Assembly: GCF_050320075.1 (NCBI RefSeq)
Contig: NZ_CP190018.1
Reading direction: 5' to 3' (one strand)
Length of the DNA: 64,000 bases
Origin: Escherichia coli
Lineage (GTDB): Bacteria; Pseudomonadota; Gammaproteobacteria; Enterobacterales; Enterobacteriaceae
This document shows positions 11,927 through 23,630 of this stretch, piece by piece (position 1 is the first letter of the stretch; every line of letters starts with the position of its first letter). The notes beneath the pieces were generated by a model. It was not told the DNA's origin, searched no databases, and was given only the letters and a program-made list of their open reading frames with translations. The translations under genes and the position numbers were made by a program.

Positions 11927-13642
11927 TTACTCCACTTCCTGCCAGTTTTTCCGTTTACTGGTTTTACCGATCCCCGGATTCATGCTGTTGGTCGGATCGT
12001 TCTCGCGATAGAACTTCTGCAACGTCTCCGGTGCTTTATACAAATGACCGACGTTATGCTCGGCAGGGTACTGCGCGCCGCGCTGCTGTAGCAGTTCCAG
12101 CATCTGTTCTTTTAACGCATGCACATCCACGCCTTTTTTCACTATGTAATCCTGATGGAAGACATAGCACATAAAATGGCCGTAATAGAGCTTGTGCACC
12201 AGCTGGCTGTCGATCTCCGGCGGTAAATGCTCATACCACTCGGTGTCGTTACGCCGCAGAGCGATATCCAACGCCAGAATGTCTTCGACTTCATCGGAAT
12301 GCACCGCCTGATAACGAATTGCTGCGCCCGCAGCGGCGAAACGGTGTAAAAACGCTTTGCTGCCTTCCTCCGGCGTACAGACAAAGAAATCGCCTTCGGC
12401 CTGTTTGAAATAATCCACCAGCCACGATTTGGCTTCGCCCACGCCATCGCCCGCCATTTTTAACAGCAGATGATGCTCGTATTTATCGCGCCAGTTTTTC
12501 ATGCGCGGCGGTAAATGGCTGGGGAACAGGTGACCGAATTTTTGCATCGCACGGTCAGTAAAATGCGGACGGAAGAATTTCACTTTCTCCAGCATCGCAT
12601 CGGTGCGTCCCTTGAGATTAAAGAAGAACGGCATCTTGTCGGTGCCTAACTTATCAATCATCAGGAAGGTGTCTTTGCCGTATTTTTCCGCAATATCGTA
12701 GATATCCCGGTGCATATATTCCCCGGCAACCGGCAGATTTTCGAAGTTAGCCAGAATATGACGGCGGATTTCGGTCAGCACTTCCGGCTGGTTGGTGCCG
12801 ATATAAAACACCTGCTGATTTTTTTCCGCTTCGAAGGTATCAAGACGTACTGCAAAGACCGCCAGCTTCCCGGCGCAACCAGAAGATTCAAATAACCGAT
12901 CAGGATCGGCGTTATAACGTGCGGGCGTGTCGGCTTCAATATCACGAACGCGGTGGACATAGTCATAATCGTGGGCGTGACGACCATCGTGACGCACATC
13001 GTCATCTTTGATGCGATCATCATCCAGCTTGCTAAGGATCTGCTCCGGCGTTTCGCCCAGATCAATCCCCAGATGGTTCACCAGCGTCAGTTTGCCGTCT
13101 TCATTTATACGCGCGAATAACGACATTTCGGTATACGCCGGGCCACGTTGCACCAGCGAGCCGCCGGAGTTGTTACAAATACCGCCGATGACCGATGCGC
13201 CTATACACGATGATCCAATCACTGAGTGCGGTTCGCGTCCCAGCGGTTTGAGGGCTTTTTCCAGCGAATAGAGCGTGGTGCCCGGATAGGCCAGCACCTG
13301 TTCGCCCTTGCCAAGAACGTGCAGCTTGTCGAGACGCAGGGTGCTGATGATAACGACATCGCGATCATAATCGTTACCGTTTGGCGTCGATCCTTCGGTC
13401 AGGCCTGTATTGGCGGCCTGCATCAGAATAATTTTGTCGGCGGTGACGCAGGCTTTCAGCACCCGCCACAATTCTAGTAGTGAGCCAGGGAAAACGACAG
13501 CCAGCGCGTCGCCCTGACCAGAACGGAAGCCCTTGCGATAGCGGGCCGTTTTTGCGGGATCGGTGAGCAGGTGTGAAGAACCCACCAGACGAGCAAGTTC
13601 ATTCAAAAAGGCTTTATTATCAGTTGTTGTCATGGAAGACAT
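11927..13642 (-). CDS. dld: FAD-dependent D-lactate dehydrogenase (quinone)
   Basis: ATG 13640-13642 gives 571-aa MSSMTTTDNKAFLNELARLVGSSHLLTDPAKTARYRKGFRSG... Confidence 0.95.
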   Translation of the reverse strand: MSSMTTTDNKAFLNELARLVGSSHLLTDPAKTARYRKGFRSGQGDALAVVFPGSLLELWRVLKACVTADKIILMQAANTGLTEGSTPNGNDYDRDVVIISTLRLDKLHVLGKGEQVLAYPGTTLYSLEKALKPLGREPHSVIGSSCIGASVIGGICNNSGGSLVQRGPAYTEMSLFARINEDGKLTLVNHLGIDLGETPEQILSKLDDDRIKDDDVRHDGRHAHDYDYVHRVRDIEADTPARYNADPDRLFESSGCAGKLAVFAVRLDTFEAEKNQQVFYIGTNQPEVLTEIRRHILANFENLPVAGEYMHRDIYDIAEKYGKDTFLMIDKLGTDKMPFFFNLKGRTDAMLEKVKFFRPHFTDRAMQKFGHLFPSHLPPRMKNWRDKYEHHLLLKMAGDGVGEAKSWLVDYFKQAEGDFFVCTPEEGSKAFLHRFAAAGAAIRYQAVHSDEVEDILALDIALRRNDTEWYEHLPPEIDSQLVHKLYYGHFMCYVFHQDYIVKKGVDVHALKEQMLELLQQRGAQYPAEHNVGHLYKAPETLQKFYRENDPTNSMNPGIGKTSKRKNWQEVE

Positions 13643-13837
13643 TTTCCACTCCTTGTGGTGGCGAAAAAATATCACAAACTAGAATAGCGCCTTGTATAAC
13701 AATTCAGCGAGTGAATATTTTGAAAATTCAGACAATAAACTGAGCATTCTTTTTCTCTCTCCATCATGCTTATGGCAAACTACGGTTTTTGCACCATTTT
13801 CGCTGCCACGTCGGGCAACAAAGGAAGAAAAATCCAT

Positions 13838-16135
13838 ATGAAATGGCTATGTTCAGTAGGAGTCGCGGTGAGTCTGGCCCTGCAGCCAGCACTGGCGGAT
13901 GATTTATTCGGCAACCATCCATTAACGCCCGAAGCGCGGGATGCGTTCGTCACCGAACTGCTTAAGAAAATGACAGTTGATGAGAAAATTGGTCAGCTGC
14001 GCTTAATCAGCGTCGGCCCGGATAACCCGAAAGAGGCGATCCGCGAGATGATCAAAGACGGTCAGGTTGGGGCGATTTTCAACACCGTAACCCGTCAGGA
14101 TATCCGCGCCATGCAGGATCAGGTGATGGAATTAAGCCGCCTGAAAATTCCTCTTTTCTTTGCTTACGACGTGCTGCACGGTCAGCGCACGGTGTTCCCG
14201 ATTAGCCTCGGTCTGGCCTCGTCTTTTAACCTCGATGCAGTGAAAACGGTCGGACGTGTCTCTGCTTATGAAGCGGCAGATGATGGCCTGAATATGACCT
14301 GGGCACCGATGGTCGATGTCTCGCGCGATCCGCGCTGGGGACGTGCTTCCGAAGGTTTTGGCGAAGATACGTATCTCACCTCAACAATGGGTAAAACCAT
14401 GGTGGAAGCGATGCAGGGTAAAAGCCCGGCAGATCGCTACTCGGTGATGACCAGCGTCAAACACTTTGCCGCATACGGCGCGGTAGAAGGCGGTAAAGAG
14501 TACAACACCGTCGATATGAGTCCGCAGCGCCTGTTTAATGATTATATGCCGCCGTACAAAGCGGGGCTGGACGCAGGCAGCGGCGCGGTGATGGTGGCGC
14601 TGAACTCGCTGAACGGCACGCCAGCCACCTCCGATTCCTGGCTGCTGAAAGATGTTCTGCGCGACCAGTGGGGCTTTAAAGGCATCACCGTTTCCGATCA
14701 CGGTGCAATCAAAGAGCTGATTAAACATGGCACGGCGACAGACCCGGAAGATGCGGTGCGCGTGGCGCTGAAATCCGGAATCAACATGAGCATGAGCGAC
14801 GAGTACTACTCGAAGTATCTGCCTGGGTTGATTAAATCCGGCAAAGTGACGATGGCAGAGCTGGACGATGCTGCCCGCCATGTACTGAACGTTAAATATG
14901 ATATGGGGTTGTTTAACGACCCATACAGCCATTTGGGGCCGAAAGAGTCTGACCCGGTGGATACCAATGCCGAAAGCCGCCTGCACCGTAAAGAAGCGCG
15001 TGAAGTGGCGCGCGAAAGCTTGGTGTTGCTGAAAAACCGTCTCGAAACGTTACCGCTGAAAAAATCGGCCACCATTGCGGTGGTTGGGCCACTGGCGGAC
15101 AGTAAACGTGACGTGATGGGCAGCTGGTCCGCAGCCGGTGTTGCCGATCAATCCGTGACCGTACTGACCGGGATTAAAAATGCCGTCGGTGAAAACGGTA
15201 AAGTGCTGTATGCCAAAGGGGCGAACGTTACCAGTGACAAAGGCATTATCGATTTCCTGAATCAGTATGAAGAAGCGGTCAAAGTCGATCCGCGTTCGCC
15301 GCAAGAGATGATTGATGAAGCGGTGCAGACGGCGAAACAATCTGATGTGGTGGTGGCTGTAGTCGGTGAAGCACAGGGGATGGCGCACGAAGCCTCCAGC
15401 CGGACCGATATCACTATTCCGCAAAGCCAACGTGACTTGATTGCGGCGCTGAAAGCCACCGGTAAACCGCTGGTGCTGGTGCTGATGAACGGGCGTCCGC
15501 TGGCGCTGGTGAAAGAAGATCAGCAGGCTGATGCGATTCTGGAAACCTGGTTTGCGGGGACTGAAGGCGGTAATGCAATTGCCGATGTATTGTTTGGCGA
15601 TTACAACCCGTCCGGCAAGCTGCCAATGTCCTTCCCGCGTTCTGTCGGGCAGATCCCGGTGTACTACAGCCATCTGAATACCGGTCGCCCGTATAATGCC
15701 GACAAGCCGAACAAATACACTTCGCGTTATTTTGATGAAGCTAACGGGGCGTTGTATCCGTTCGGCTATGGGCTGAGCTACACCACTTTCACCGTCTCTG
15801 ATGTGAAACTTTCTGCGCCGACCATGAAGCGTGACGGCAAAGTGACTGCCAGCGTGCAGGTGACGAACACCGGTAAGCGCGAGGGTGCCACGGTAGTGCA
15901 GATGTACTTGCAGGATGTGACGGCTTCCATGAGTCGCCCTGTGAAACAGCTGAAAGGCTTTGAGAAAATCACCCTGAAACCGGGCGAAACTCAGACTGTC
16001 AGCTTCCCGATCGATATTGAGGCGCTGAAGTTCTGGAATCAACAGATGAAATATGACGCCGAGCCTGGCAAGTTCAATGTCTTTATCGGCACTGATTCCG
16101 CACGCGTTAAGAAAGGCGAGTTTGAGTTGCTGTAA
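13838..16135 (+). CDS. bglX: Periplasmic beta-glucosidase (GH3)
   Basis: ATG 13838; signal peptide MKWLCSVGVAVSLALQPALA; GH3 motifs incl. GFKGITVSDHGAI. Confidence 0.95.
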   Translation: MKWLCSVGVAVSLALQPALADDLFGNHPLTPEARDAFVTELLKKMTVDEKIGQLRLISVGPDNPKEAIREMIKDGQVGAIFNTVTRQDIRAMQDQVMELSRLKIPLFFAYDVLHGQRTVFPISLGLASSFNLDAVKTVGRVSAYEAADDGLNMTWAPMVDVSRDPRWGRASEGFGEDTYLTSTMGKTMVEAMQGKSPADRYSVMTSVKHFAAYGAVEGGKEYNTVDMSPQRLFNDYMPPYKAGLDAGSGAVMVALNSLNGTPATSDSWLLKDVLRDQWGFKGITVSDHGAIKELIKHGTATDPEDAVRVALKSGINMSMSDEYYSKYLPGLIKSGKVTMAELDDAARHVLNVKYDMGLFNDPYSHLGPKESDPVDTNAESRLHRKEAREVARESLVLLKNRLETLPLKKSATIAVVGPLADSKRDVMGSWSAAGVADQSVTVLTGIKNAVGENGKVLYAKGANVTSDKGIIDFLNQYEEAVKVDPRSPQEMIDEAVQTAKQSDVVVAVVGEAQGMAHEASSRTDITIPQSQRDLIAALKATGKPLVLVLMNGRPLALVKEDQQADAILETWFAGTEGGNAIADVLFGDYNPSGKLPMSFPRSVGQIPVYYSHLNTGRPYNADKPNKYTSRYFDEANGALYPFGYGLSYTTFTVSDVKLSAPTMKRDGKVTASVQVTNTGKREGATVVQMYLQDVTASMSRPVKQLKGFEKITLKPGETQTVSFPIDIEALKFWNQQMKYDAEPGKFNVFIGTDSARVKKGEFELL

Positions 16136-16146
16136 TGCTTTAGTAA

Positions 16147-16168
16147 GGGCGCGACGTTTGCGCCCTTT
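16147..16168 (+). terminator. Intrinsic terminator downstream of bglX
   Basis: GGGCGCGACGTTTGCGCCC hairpin followed by TTT. Confidence 0.55.
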
Positions 16169-16203
16169 GTAGGCCGGATAAGGCGCTCGCGCCGCATCCG
16201 GCA
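16169..16203. repeat. REP element
   Basis: GTAGGCCGGATAAGGCGCTCGCGCCGCATCCGGCA matches REP consensus. Confidence 0.7.
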
Positions 16204-16345
16204 GGAAACGCCGGACCGAATATGCCTCTTAAGTATTTATCTGATTCTGCAACTGAATCCTTCCGCTCAAGCTAACCCCGCCATTATCAACTATGCTTTT
16301 CTCTTAATTCGCTGAAAACAACAGTAAAAGAATGAGGAAAGCATC

Positions 16346-17263
16346 ATGCCACTCTTAAAGCTCTGGGCAGGTTCACTGGTTATGTTGGCAGCCGTGAGCC
16401 TGCCGCTACAGGCGGCTTCCCCCGTTAAAGTCGGTTCAAAAATCGATACCGAAGGTGCGCTACTCGGCAATATCATTTTGCAGGTGCTGGAAAGCCACGG
16501 CGTACCGACGGTGAATAAAGTGCAACTCGGAACGACTCCTGTGGTGCGCGGGGCGATTACTTCCGGTGAACTGGATATCTATCCGGAATATACCGGCAAT
16601 GGCGCTTTCTTCTTTAAAGATGAAAACGATGCAGCGTGGAAAAACGCGCAGCAAGGTTACGAGAAAGTCAAAAAGCTCGATTCGGAGCACAACAAGTTAA
16701 TCTGGCTGACGCCCGCGCCTGCAAATAACACCTGGACTATCGCCGTGCGTCAGGATGTGGCAGAGAAAAATAAACTCACTTCGCTTGCCGACCTGAGTCG
16801 TTATCTGCAAGAGGGCGGCACCTTCAAACTGGCAGCCTCGGCAGAGTTTATCGAACGCGCCGATGCGTTACCCGCGTTTGAAAAAGCCTATGGCTTTAAG
16901 CTCGGTCAGGATCAGTTGCTGTCACTGGCTGGTGGCGACACGGCGGTGACGATCAAAGCCGCTGCCCAGCAAATCTCTGGCGTTAATGCTGCAATGGCTT
17001 ACGGCACTGACGGCCCGGTAGCGGCGCTGGGGCTGCAAACCTTAAGCGATCCGCAAGGTGTGCAACCTATCTACGCGCCTGCACCAGTGGTGCGTGAGTC
17101 GGTGTTGAGGGAGTATCCGCAAATGGCACAGTGGCTACAGCCAGTCTTCGCCAGCCTCGATGCAAAAACATTGCAGCAACTGAATGCCAGCATTGCTGTG
17201 GAAGGACTGGATGCCAAAAAAGTGGCTGCCGACTACCTGAAACAAAAAGGGTGGACGAAGTAA
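16346..17263 (+). CDS. osmF: Glycine-betaine-family ABC transporter periplasmic binding protein OsmF (YehZ)
   Basis: 305-aa ORF with signal peptide MPLLKLWAGSLVMLAAVSLPLQAA; first gene of osmF-yehYXW operon. Confidence 0.9.
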   Translation: MPLLKLWAGSLVMLAAVSLPLQAASPVKVGSKIDTEGALLGNIILQVLESHGVPTVNKVQLGTTPVVRGAITSGELDIYPEYTGNGAFFFKDENDAAWKNAQQGYEKVKKLDSEHNKLIWLTPAPANNTWTIAVRQDVAEKNKLTSLADLSRYLQEGGTFKLAASAEFIERADALPAFEKAYGFKLGQDQLLSLAGGDTAVTIKAAAQQISGVNAAMAYGTDGPVAALGLQTLSDPQGVQPIYAPAPVVRESVLREYPQMAQWLQPVFASLDAKTLQQLNASIAVEGLDAKKVAADYLKQKGWTK

Positions 17264-17269
17264 TTTCCC

Positions 17270-18427
17270 GTGACTTATTTCCGTATTAATCCTGTTCTGG
17301 CGCTGCTGCTGTTGCTGACGGCAATCGCAGCGGCGCTGCCGTTTATCAGTTACGCGCCTAATCGTTTAGTTTCGGGTGAGGGGCGTCATCTCTGGCAGCT
17401 GTGGCCGCAAACGATCTGGATGCTGGTGGGCGTTGGTTGCGCCTGGCTGACGGCCTGTTTTATTCCCGGTAAAAAAGGCAGCATTTGTGCACTCATTCTG
17501 GCGCAATTCGTCTTCGTATTGCTGGTGTGGGGAGCTGGAAAGGCGGCGACCCAACTGGCGCAAAATGGCAGTGCGCTGGCGCGTACCAGCCTCGGCAGTG
17601 GTTTCTGGCTGGCTGCGGCGCTGGCATTGCTGGCCTGTAGCGATGCCATCCGCCGAATCTCCACGCATCCGCTGTGGCGCTGGTTGTTGCATATGCAGAT
17701 TGCCATTATTCCGCTGTGGTTGCTGTACTCCGGCACGCTTAACGATCTCTCACTAATGAAAGAATACGCCAACCGTCAGGATGTGTTTGACGACGCGCTG
17801 GCACAACATCTGACGTTGCTGTTTGGTGCGGTGCTGCCTGCGTTAGTGATTGGTGTGCCGTTGGGCATCTGGTGCTACTTTTCCACTGCTCGGCAGGGGG
17901 CAATTTTTTCTCTGCTCAATGTGATTCAGACCGTGCCTTCGGTGGCGCTCTTTGGCCTGTTGATTGCGCCGCTTGCCGCGCTGGTTACGGCCTTTCCGTG
18001 GCTGGGGACGCTCGGCATAGCAGGAACCGGAATGACACCCGCACTGATTGCGCTGGTGCTCTATGCCTTGCTGCCGCTGGTGCGCGGCGTGGTAGTCGGT
18101 TTGAACCAGATCCCGCGCGATGTGCTGGAAAGCGCCAGAGCGATGGGGATGAGCGGGGCGCAGCGTTTCCTGCATGTTCAGTTACCGCTGGCGTTACCGG
18201 TATTTCTGCGCAGCCTGCGGGTGGTGATGGTGCAAACTGTAGGTATGGCGGTGATTGCGGCGTTAATCGGCGCAGGCGGTTTTGGTGCGCTGGTTTTCCA
18301 GGGGCTGCTAAGCAGTGCCATTGATTTAGTGTTGCTGGGGGTGATCCCGGTAATTGTTCTGGCGGTGCTGATCGATGCGCTGTTCGATTTGCTTATCGCA
18401 CTGCTGAAGGTGAAACGTAATGATTGA
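17270..18427 (+). CDS. yehY: ABC transporter permease YehY (GTG start)
   Basis: 385-aa polytopic permease; overlaps yehX start by 8 bp. Confidence 0.9.
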   Translation: MTYFRINPVLALLLLLTAIAAALPFISYAPNRLVSGEGRHLWQLWPQTIWMLVGVGCAWLTACFIPGKKGSICALILAQFVFVLLVWGAGKAATQLAQNGSALARTSLGSGFWLAAALALLACSDAIRRISTHPLWRWLLHMQIAIIPLWLLYSGTLNDLSLMKEYANRQDVFDDALAQHLTLLFGAVLPALVIGVPLGIWCYFSTARQGAIFSLLNVIQTVPSVALFGLLIAPLAALVTAFPWLGTLGIAGTGMTPALIALVLYALLPLVRGVVVGLNQIPRDVLESARAMGMSGAQRFLHVQLPLALPVFLRSLRVVMVQTVGMAVIAALIGAGGFGALVFQGLLSSAIDLVLLGVIPVIVLAVLIDALFDLLIALLKVKRND

Positions 18428-19346
18428 ATTTAGCCATGTCAGCAAACTGTTCGGCGCACAAAAAGCCGTTAACGATCTCAATCTCAATTTTCAGGAGGGG
18501 AGTTTTTCGGTGCTGATTGGTACATCAGGCTCCGGTAAATCCACCACCCTGAAAATGATTAACCGCCTGGTGGAGCATGACAGCGGCGTGATCCGCTTTG
18601 CCGGAGAAGAAATTCGCTCGCTGCCAGTGCTGGAGTTGCGCCGCCGGATGGGCTATGCCATTCAATCTATTGGCCTGTTTCCCCACTGGAGCGTGGCGCA
18701 AAATATTGCCACCGTGCCGCAATTACAAAAATGGTCGCGGGCGCGGATTGACGATCGTATCGACGAATTAATGGCGCTACTGGGGCTGGAGCCAAATTTG
18801 CGTGAGCGTTATCCGCATCAGCTTTCTGGCGGTCAGCAGCAACGTGTGGGAGTGGCGCGCGCACTGGCTGCCGATCCGCAAGTCTTACTGATGGATGAAC
18901 CTTTTGGCGCGCTGGACCCGGTAACGCGCGGCGCGTTGCAACAAGAGATGACGCGCATACACCGTTTGCTGGGGCGTACCATTGTGCTGGTCACTCATGA
19001 TATTGATGAGGCGCTACGACTGGCAGAACATCTGGTGTTGATGGATCACGGTGAAGTGGTGCAGCAGGGCAATCCGCTGACGATGCTGACTCGTCCGGCG
19101 AATGATTTTGTCCGCCAGTTTTTTGGGCATAGTGAACTGGGTGTCCGCCTGCTTTCGTTACGTAGCGTGGCGGATTACGTGCGTCGCGAAGAACGGGCAG
19201 AAGGTGAGGCGCTGGCAGAAGAGATGACTCTACGCGATGCGCTCTCCCTGTTTGTCGCGCGGGGATGCGAGGTGCTGCCGGTGGTGAACACGCAGGGCCA
19301 GCCTTGCGGCACGCTGCATTTTCAGGATCTGCTGGTGGAGGCGTAA
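18420..19346 (+). CDS. yehX: ABC transporter ATP-binding protein YehX
   Basis: Walker [13 protein letters not shown] signature LSGGQQQRV, Walker B LLMDEP. Confidence 0.9.
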   Translation: MIEFSHVSKLFGAQKAVNDLNLNFQEGSFSVLIGTSGSGKSTTLKMINRLVEHDSGVIRFAGEEIRSLPVLELRRRMGYAIQSIGLFPHWSVAQNIATVPQLQKWSRARIDDRIDELMALLGLEPNLRERYPHQLSGGQQQRVGVARALAADPQVLLMDEPFGALDPVTRGALQQEMTRIHRLLGRTIVLVTHDIDEALRLAEHLVLMDHGEVVQQGNPLTMLTRPANDFVRQFFGHSELGVRLLSLRSVADYVRREERAEGEALAEEMTLRDALSLFVARGCEVLPVVNTQGQPCGTLHFQDLLVEA

Positions 19347-19350
19347 ACGT

Positions 19351-20082
19351 ATGAAGATGTTGCGCGATCCGCTGTTCTGGCTCATTGCTCTGTTTGTGGC
19401 GCTGATTTTCTGGCTGCCTTACAGCCAGCCGCTGTTTGCTGCCTTGTTCCCACAACTGCCACGACCCGTTTATCAGCAAGAAAGTTTTGCTGCTCTGGCA
19501 CTGGCTCATTTCTGGCTGGTGGGAATTTCGAGTTTGTTTGCGGTGATCATTGGCACTGGTGCAGGAATTATTGTTACTCGCCCGTGGGGCGCGGAATTTC
19601 GCCCACTGGTGGAAACTATTGCCGCCGTTGGACAGACTTTTCCGCCCGTCGCGGTGCTGGCGATTGCCGTTCCGGTGATTGGGTTTGGTCTGCAACCCGC
19701 GATTATCGCCTTGATCCTTTATGGTGTGCTGCCCGTCCTGCAGGCAACACTTGCCGGGCTGGGAGCGATTGATGCCAGCGTGACAGAAGTTGCGAAAGGT
19801 ATGGGAATGAGCCGTGGTCAGCGACTGCGTAAGGTCGAGCTACCGCTGGCGGCTCCGGTGATTCTGGCGGGCGTGCGAACTTCGGTGATTATCAACATTG
19901 GTACGGCGACGATCGCCTCAACGGTAGGGGCCAGCACGCTGGGTACGCCGATCATCATCGGGCTTAGCGGATTTAATACCGCGTATGTGATCCAGGGGGC
20001 GTTACTGGTGGCACTGGCGGCGATCATTGCAGACCGCCTGTTTGAAAGGCTGGTGCAGGCGCTTAGCCAGCACGCAAAATAA
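19351..20082 (+). CDS. yehW: ABC transporter permease YehW
   Basis: 243-aa polytopic permease [31 protein letters not shown]... Confidence 0.9.
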
Positions 20083-20170
20083 AGGTATAACCTGCGAGCA
20101 TGACGCCACCAATTCCGCCTAACGCCATAAACAGGAACAGGGCGATGACCCCAATTTTAGCTATGCGCAT
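20063..20170 (-). CDS. yohO: 35-aa small membrane protein YohO (not in ORF track)
   Basis: Hand translation: [35 protein letters not shown]; ATG 20168-20170; 3' end overlaps yehW 3' end by 20 bp on opposite strand. Confidence 0.7.
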
Positions 20171-20229
20171 AATGCACTCCTTATGTTAACGAAAGGATTG
20201 TACAGTAAAGCGCATTTGTTAACGAATCA

Positions 20230-20961
20230 TTAAATGCCGAGTGGGAAAATATCATGGCCTTGTTCCTGCCAACTGGTGAGTTGCTGCTGTTGGGCGGAGG
20301 TTCGATTTTCACCGCACCACACCAGCAATGTACGGCCTTCGAACAGTTCAGGGCGTAGTTGATTGAGCGAGTGGGCGAGGACATCAATGCGCCATCCTTG
20401 TTGACTGGCAATCCAGCCCTCCAGCCACAGACGGGTGGTATCATGAATATTCCAGCCAACCACCAACGCATCTTTACCCTGTTTTTTACGTGCCGAAGCC
20501 AGGCAAATGGCGATGTAGTTGATCAGTACGCCGTCGAGGATCGCCAGCAGCGCCTGGAGAGTCGGTTGTTGGCACTGAAGTCGTCGGCGCAGAGGAATAA
20601 ACAGATGTGTGGTGAGCGTCTGGGCGGGGTAATCCTGACCGCGCTCTTTGATCCACGTTCGCAGGCTATGCAGATTGCCGCTTTGCAGGTAAGTCAGTAA
20701 TGTTTCTTGCTGATCGCGCCAGCCGTTCTGCACATCAACATTTTCATTACTGAGCAGCATTTTAACTTTGCTGACCTGCACGCCGTTGTCGATCCAGCGT
20801 TTGATCTCGCGGATCCGGTCAATATCGGCATCGTTGAACAGCCGATGGCCGCCGTCTGTCCGTTGCGGTTTCAGCAATCCGTAACGCCTCTGCCACGCGC
20901 GTAACGTGACAGGGTTAATATCACAAAGCAACGCCACTTCACCAATTGTGTAAAGCGCCAT
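20230..20961 (-). CDS. mlrA: MerR-family transcriptional regulator MlrA (csgD activator)
   Basis: 243-aa ORF MALYTIGEVALLCDINPVTLRAWQRRYGLLKPQRTDGGHRLFNDADIDRIREIKRWI (MerR HTH). Confidence 0.9.
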   Translation of the reverse strand: MALYTIGEVALLCDINPVTLRAWQRRYGLLKPQRTDGGHRLFNDADIDRIREIKRWIDNGVQVSKVKMLLSNENVDVQNGWRDQQETLLTYLQSGNLHSLRTWIKERGQDYPAQTLTTHLFIPLRRRLQCQQPTLQALLAILDGVLINYIAICLASARKKQGKDALVVGWNIHDTTRLWLEGWIASQQGWRIDVLAHSLNQLRPELFEGRTLLVWCGENRTSAQQQQLTSWQEQGHDIFPLGI

Positions 20962-21182
20962 CGTCTCACCCTTGCTCGCGAGGTCCCGGTTTAACTTTAG
21001 ACGCAGTTTTGCGAACCAGGTAGTTTTGCCCGTTTTTTGTGCATCTATAGGGTGATTTTATTTTTGCCAGGCGATTTTGAGTGATCGTACTCACGAATTC
21101 TCATTTTTCTGCAAGAGTTCAAAGAAAGTTAAACGCAGGCAATGTATGTTACGCGTTTTAAAGGGAAGTGTGGTTTGCGGGT

Positions 21183-22868
21183 ATGTACGATTTTAATCTG
21201 GTGTTGCTGCTGCTTCAGCAGATGTGCGTTTTTTTAGTCATTGCGTGGTTAATGAGTAAAACGCCATTATTCATACCGTTAATGCAGGTCACGGTTCGTC
21301 TGCCGCATAAATTTCTCTGCTACATCGTCTTTTCCATCTTCTGCATCATGGGCACCTGGTTTGGGTTGCACATTGACGATTCTATTGCCAATACCCGTGC
21401 GATAGGCGCGGTAATGGGCGGCTTACTCGGCGGTCCGGTCGTCGGTGGGCTGGTTGGTCTGACCGGCGGGTTACATCGATATTCGATGGGGGGCATGACC
21501 GCGCTAAGTTGCATGATCTCGACCATCGTTGAAGGGTTGCTCGGCGGCCTGGTACACAGCATCCTGATCCGTCGCGGGCGCACTGATAAAGTCTTTAACC
21601 CCATTACCGCCGGTGCCGTCACGTTCGTCGCTGAAATGGTGCAAATGTTGATCATCCTGGCAATCGCCCGACCTTATGAAGATGCGGTGCGTCTGGTGAG
21701 TAATATTGCTGCGCCAATGATGGTCACCAATACCGTCGGCGCGGCGCTGTTTATGCGTATATTGCTCGATAAACGCGCGATGTTTGAAAAATACACTTCG
21801 GCTTTTTCTGCCACTGCGCTAAAAGTGGCTGCCTCGACGGAAGGCATTTTGCGCCAGGGGTTTAACGAAGTGAACAGCATGAAAGTGGCACAGGTGCTGT
21901 ATCAGGAGCTGGATATTGGTGCAGTCGCGATTACCGATCGAGAGAAATTGCTGGCCTTTACCGGAATTGGTGACGATCACCATTTACCCGGCAAACCGAT
22001 TTCTTCGACTTACACCTTAAAAGCGATTGAAACCGGTGAAGTGGTCTACGCTGATGGCAACGAAGTACCTTATCGTTGCTCTTTGCATCCGCAATGCAAA
22101 CTGGGGTCGACGCTGGTAATTCCGTTGCGTGGTGAAAATCAGCGGGTGATGGGTACCATCAAATTGTATGAAGCCAAAAACCGTTTATTCAGTTCAATCA
22201 ATCGCACGCTGGGTGAGGGGATTGCGCAACTGCTTTCGGCGCAGATCCTCGCCGGGCAATATGAGCGGCAAAAAGCGATGCTCACCCAGTCAGAGATCAA
22301 ACTGCTTCACGCCCAGGTGAACCCCCATTTTTTGTTTAATGCGCTTAACACCATTAAAGCGGTGATCCGCCGCGACAGCGAACAGGCCAGCCAGCTGGTG
22401 CAGTATCTTTCCACTTTTTTCCGCAAAAACTTAAAGCGGCCTTCGGAGTTTGTTACTCTCGCCGACGAAATTGAACATGTGAACGCTTATCTGCAAATTG
22501 AAAAGGCGCGCTTCCAGTCGCGGTTGCAGGTCAACATTGCTATTCCGCAAGAATTATCCCAGCAGCAATTGCCCGCGTTTACCCTGCAACCGATAGTGGA
22601 AAACGCTATTAAACATGGGACATCACAACTGCTGGATACAGGGCGAGTGGCAATCAGCGCCCGACGTGAGGGGCAACATTTGATGCTGGAGATCGAAGAC
22701 AACGCCGGTTTGTATCAACCGGTAACCAATGCCAGTGGGCTGGGGATGAATCTGGTGGATAAGCGTTTACGTGAACGGTTTGGCGATGACTATGGGATAA
22801 GCGTCGCCTGTGAGCCTGATAGTTACACCCGAATAACGTTACGACTACCATGGAGGGACGAGGCATGA
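21183..22868 (+). CDS. btsS: LytS-family sensor histidine kinase BtsS (YehU)
   Basis: ATG 21183; N-terminal multi-TM 5TMR-LYT domain, GAF-like region, His-kinase box [16 protein letters not shown]; overlaps btsR by 4 bp. Confidence 0.9.
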   Translation: MYDFNLVLLLLQQMCVFLVIAWLMSKTPLFIPLMQVTVRLPHKFLCYIVFSIFCIMGTWFGLHIDDSIANTRAIGAVMGGLLGGPVVGGLVGLTGGLHRYSMGGMTALSCMISTIVEGLLGGLVHSILIRRGRTDKVFNPITAGAVTFVAEMVQMLIILAIARPYEDAVRLVSNIAAPMMVTNTVGAALFMRILLDKRAMFEKYTSAFSATALKVAASTEGILRQGFNEVNSMKVAQVLYQELDIGAVAITDREKLLAFTGIGDDHHLPGKPISSTYTLKAIETGEVVYADGNEVPYRCSLHPQCKLGSTLVIPLRGENQRVMGTIKLYEAKNRLFSSINRTLGEGIAQLLSAQILAGQYERQKAMLTQSEIKLLHAQVNPHFLFNALNTIKAVIRRDSEQASQLVQYLSTFFRKNLKRPSEFVTLADEIEHVNAYLQIEKARFQSRLQVNIAIPQELSQQQLPAFTLQPIVENAIKHGTSQLLDTGRVAISARREGQHLMLEIEDNAGLYQPVTNASGLGMNLVDKRLRERFGDDYGISVACEPDSYTRITLRLPWRDEA

Positions 22869-23584
22869 TTAAAGTCTTAATTGTCGATGATGAGCCGTTA
22901 GCACGGGAGAACCTGCGCGTATTTTTGCAGGAGCAGAGCGATATTGAAATCGTTGGAGAGTGTTCAAACGCCGTGGAAGGGATCGGCGCGGTGCATAAAC
23001 TGCGCCCGGATGTGCTGTTTCTTGATATCCAGATGCCGCGCATCAGTGGTCTGGAAATGGTGGGGATGCTCGACCCGGAACATCGTCCGTATATCGTTTT
23101 TCTCACCGCGTTTGATGAATACGCCATTAAAGCCTTTGAAGAACATGCTTTTGATTATCTGCTGAAGCCAATTGATGAAGCGCGACTGGAGAAAACGCTG
23201 GCGCGATTGCGTCTGGAGCGCAGCAAGCAGGATGTTTCGCTGTTACCGGAAAATCAACAGGCGCTGAAATTTATCCCTTGTACGGGGCATAGTCGGATTT
23301 ATTTGCTGCAAATGAAAGATGTAGCATTTGTCAGCAGTCGGATGAGCGGTGTCTACGTTACCAGTCACGAAGGGAAAGAGGGCTTTACCGAATTGACATT
23401 ACGTACCCTGGAGAGTCGTACACCACTACTACGCTGCCATCGTCAGTATCTGGTTAACCTCGCGCATTTACAGGAGATTCGTCTGGAAGATAACGGCCAG
23501 GCCGAGTTGATTTTGCGTAATGGCTTAACCGTGCCGGTCAGCCGTCGTTATCTGAAAAGCTTAAAAGAGGCGATTGGCCTGTAA
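22865..23584 (+). CDS. btsR: LytTR-family response regulator BtsR (YehT)
   Basis: ATG 22865; receiver domain [17 protein letters not shown]...LDIQMP; C-terminal LytTR DNA-binding domain. Confidence 0.9.
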   Translation: MIKVLIVDDEPLARENLRVFLQEQSDIEIVGECSNAVEGIGAVHKLRPDVLFLDIQMPRISGLEMVGMLDPEHRPYIVFLTAFDEYAIKAFEEHAFDYLLKPIDEARLEKTLARLRLERSKQDVSLLPENQQALKFIPCTGHSRIYLLQMKDVAFVSSRMSGVYVTSHEGKEGFTELTLRTLESRTPLLRCHRQYLVNLAHLQEIRLEDNGQAELILRNGLTVPVSRRYLKSLKEAIGL

Positions 23585-23630
23585 AAGACTGCTAAAATGG
23601 CTTTTTGCCTCATCAACACCTGAAGGCCTC

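Noticed and set aside
14381-16042. Minus-strand ORFs 14381..14986 and 15050..16042
   Set aside because: Antisense to bglX; His/Arg-rich shadow frames with no start context
18991-19695. 234-aa minus-strand ORF
   Set aside because: Antisense to yehX/yehW; Arg/Pro/Gln-rich low-complexity translation
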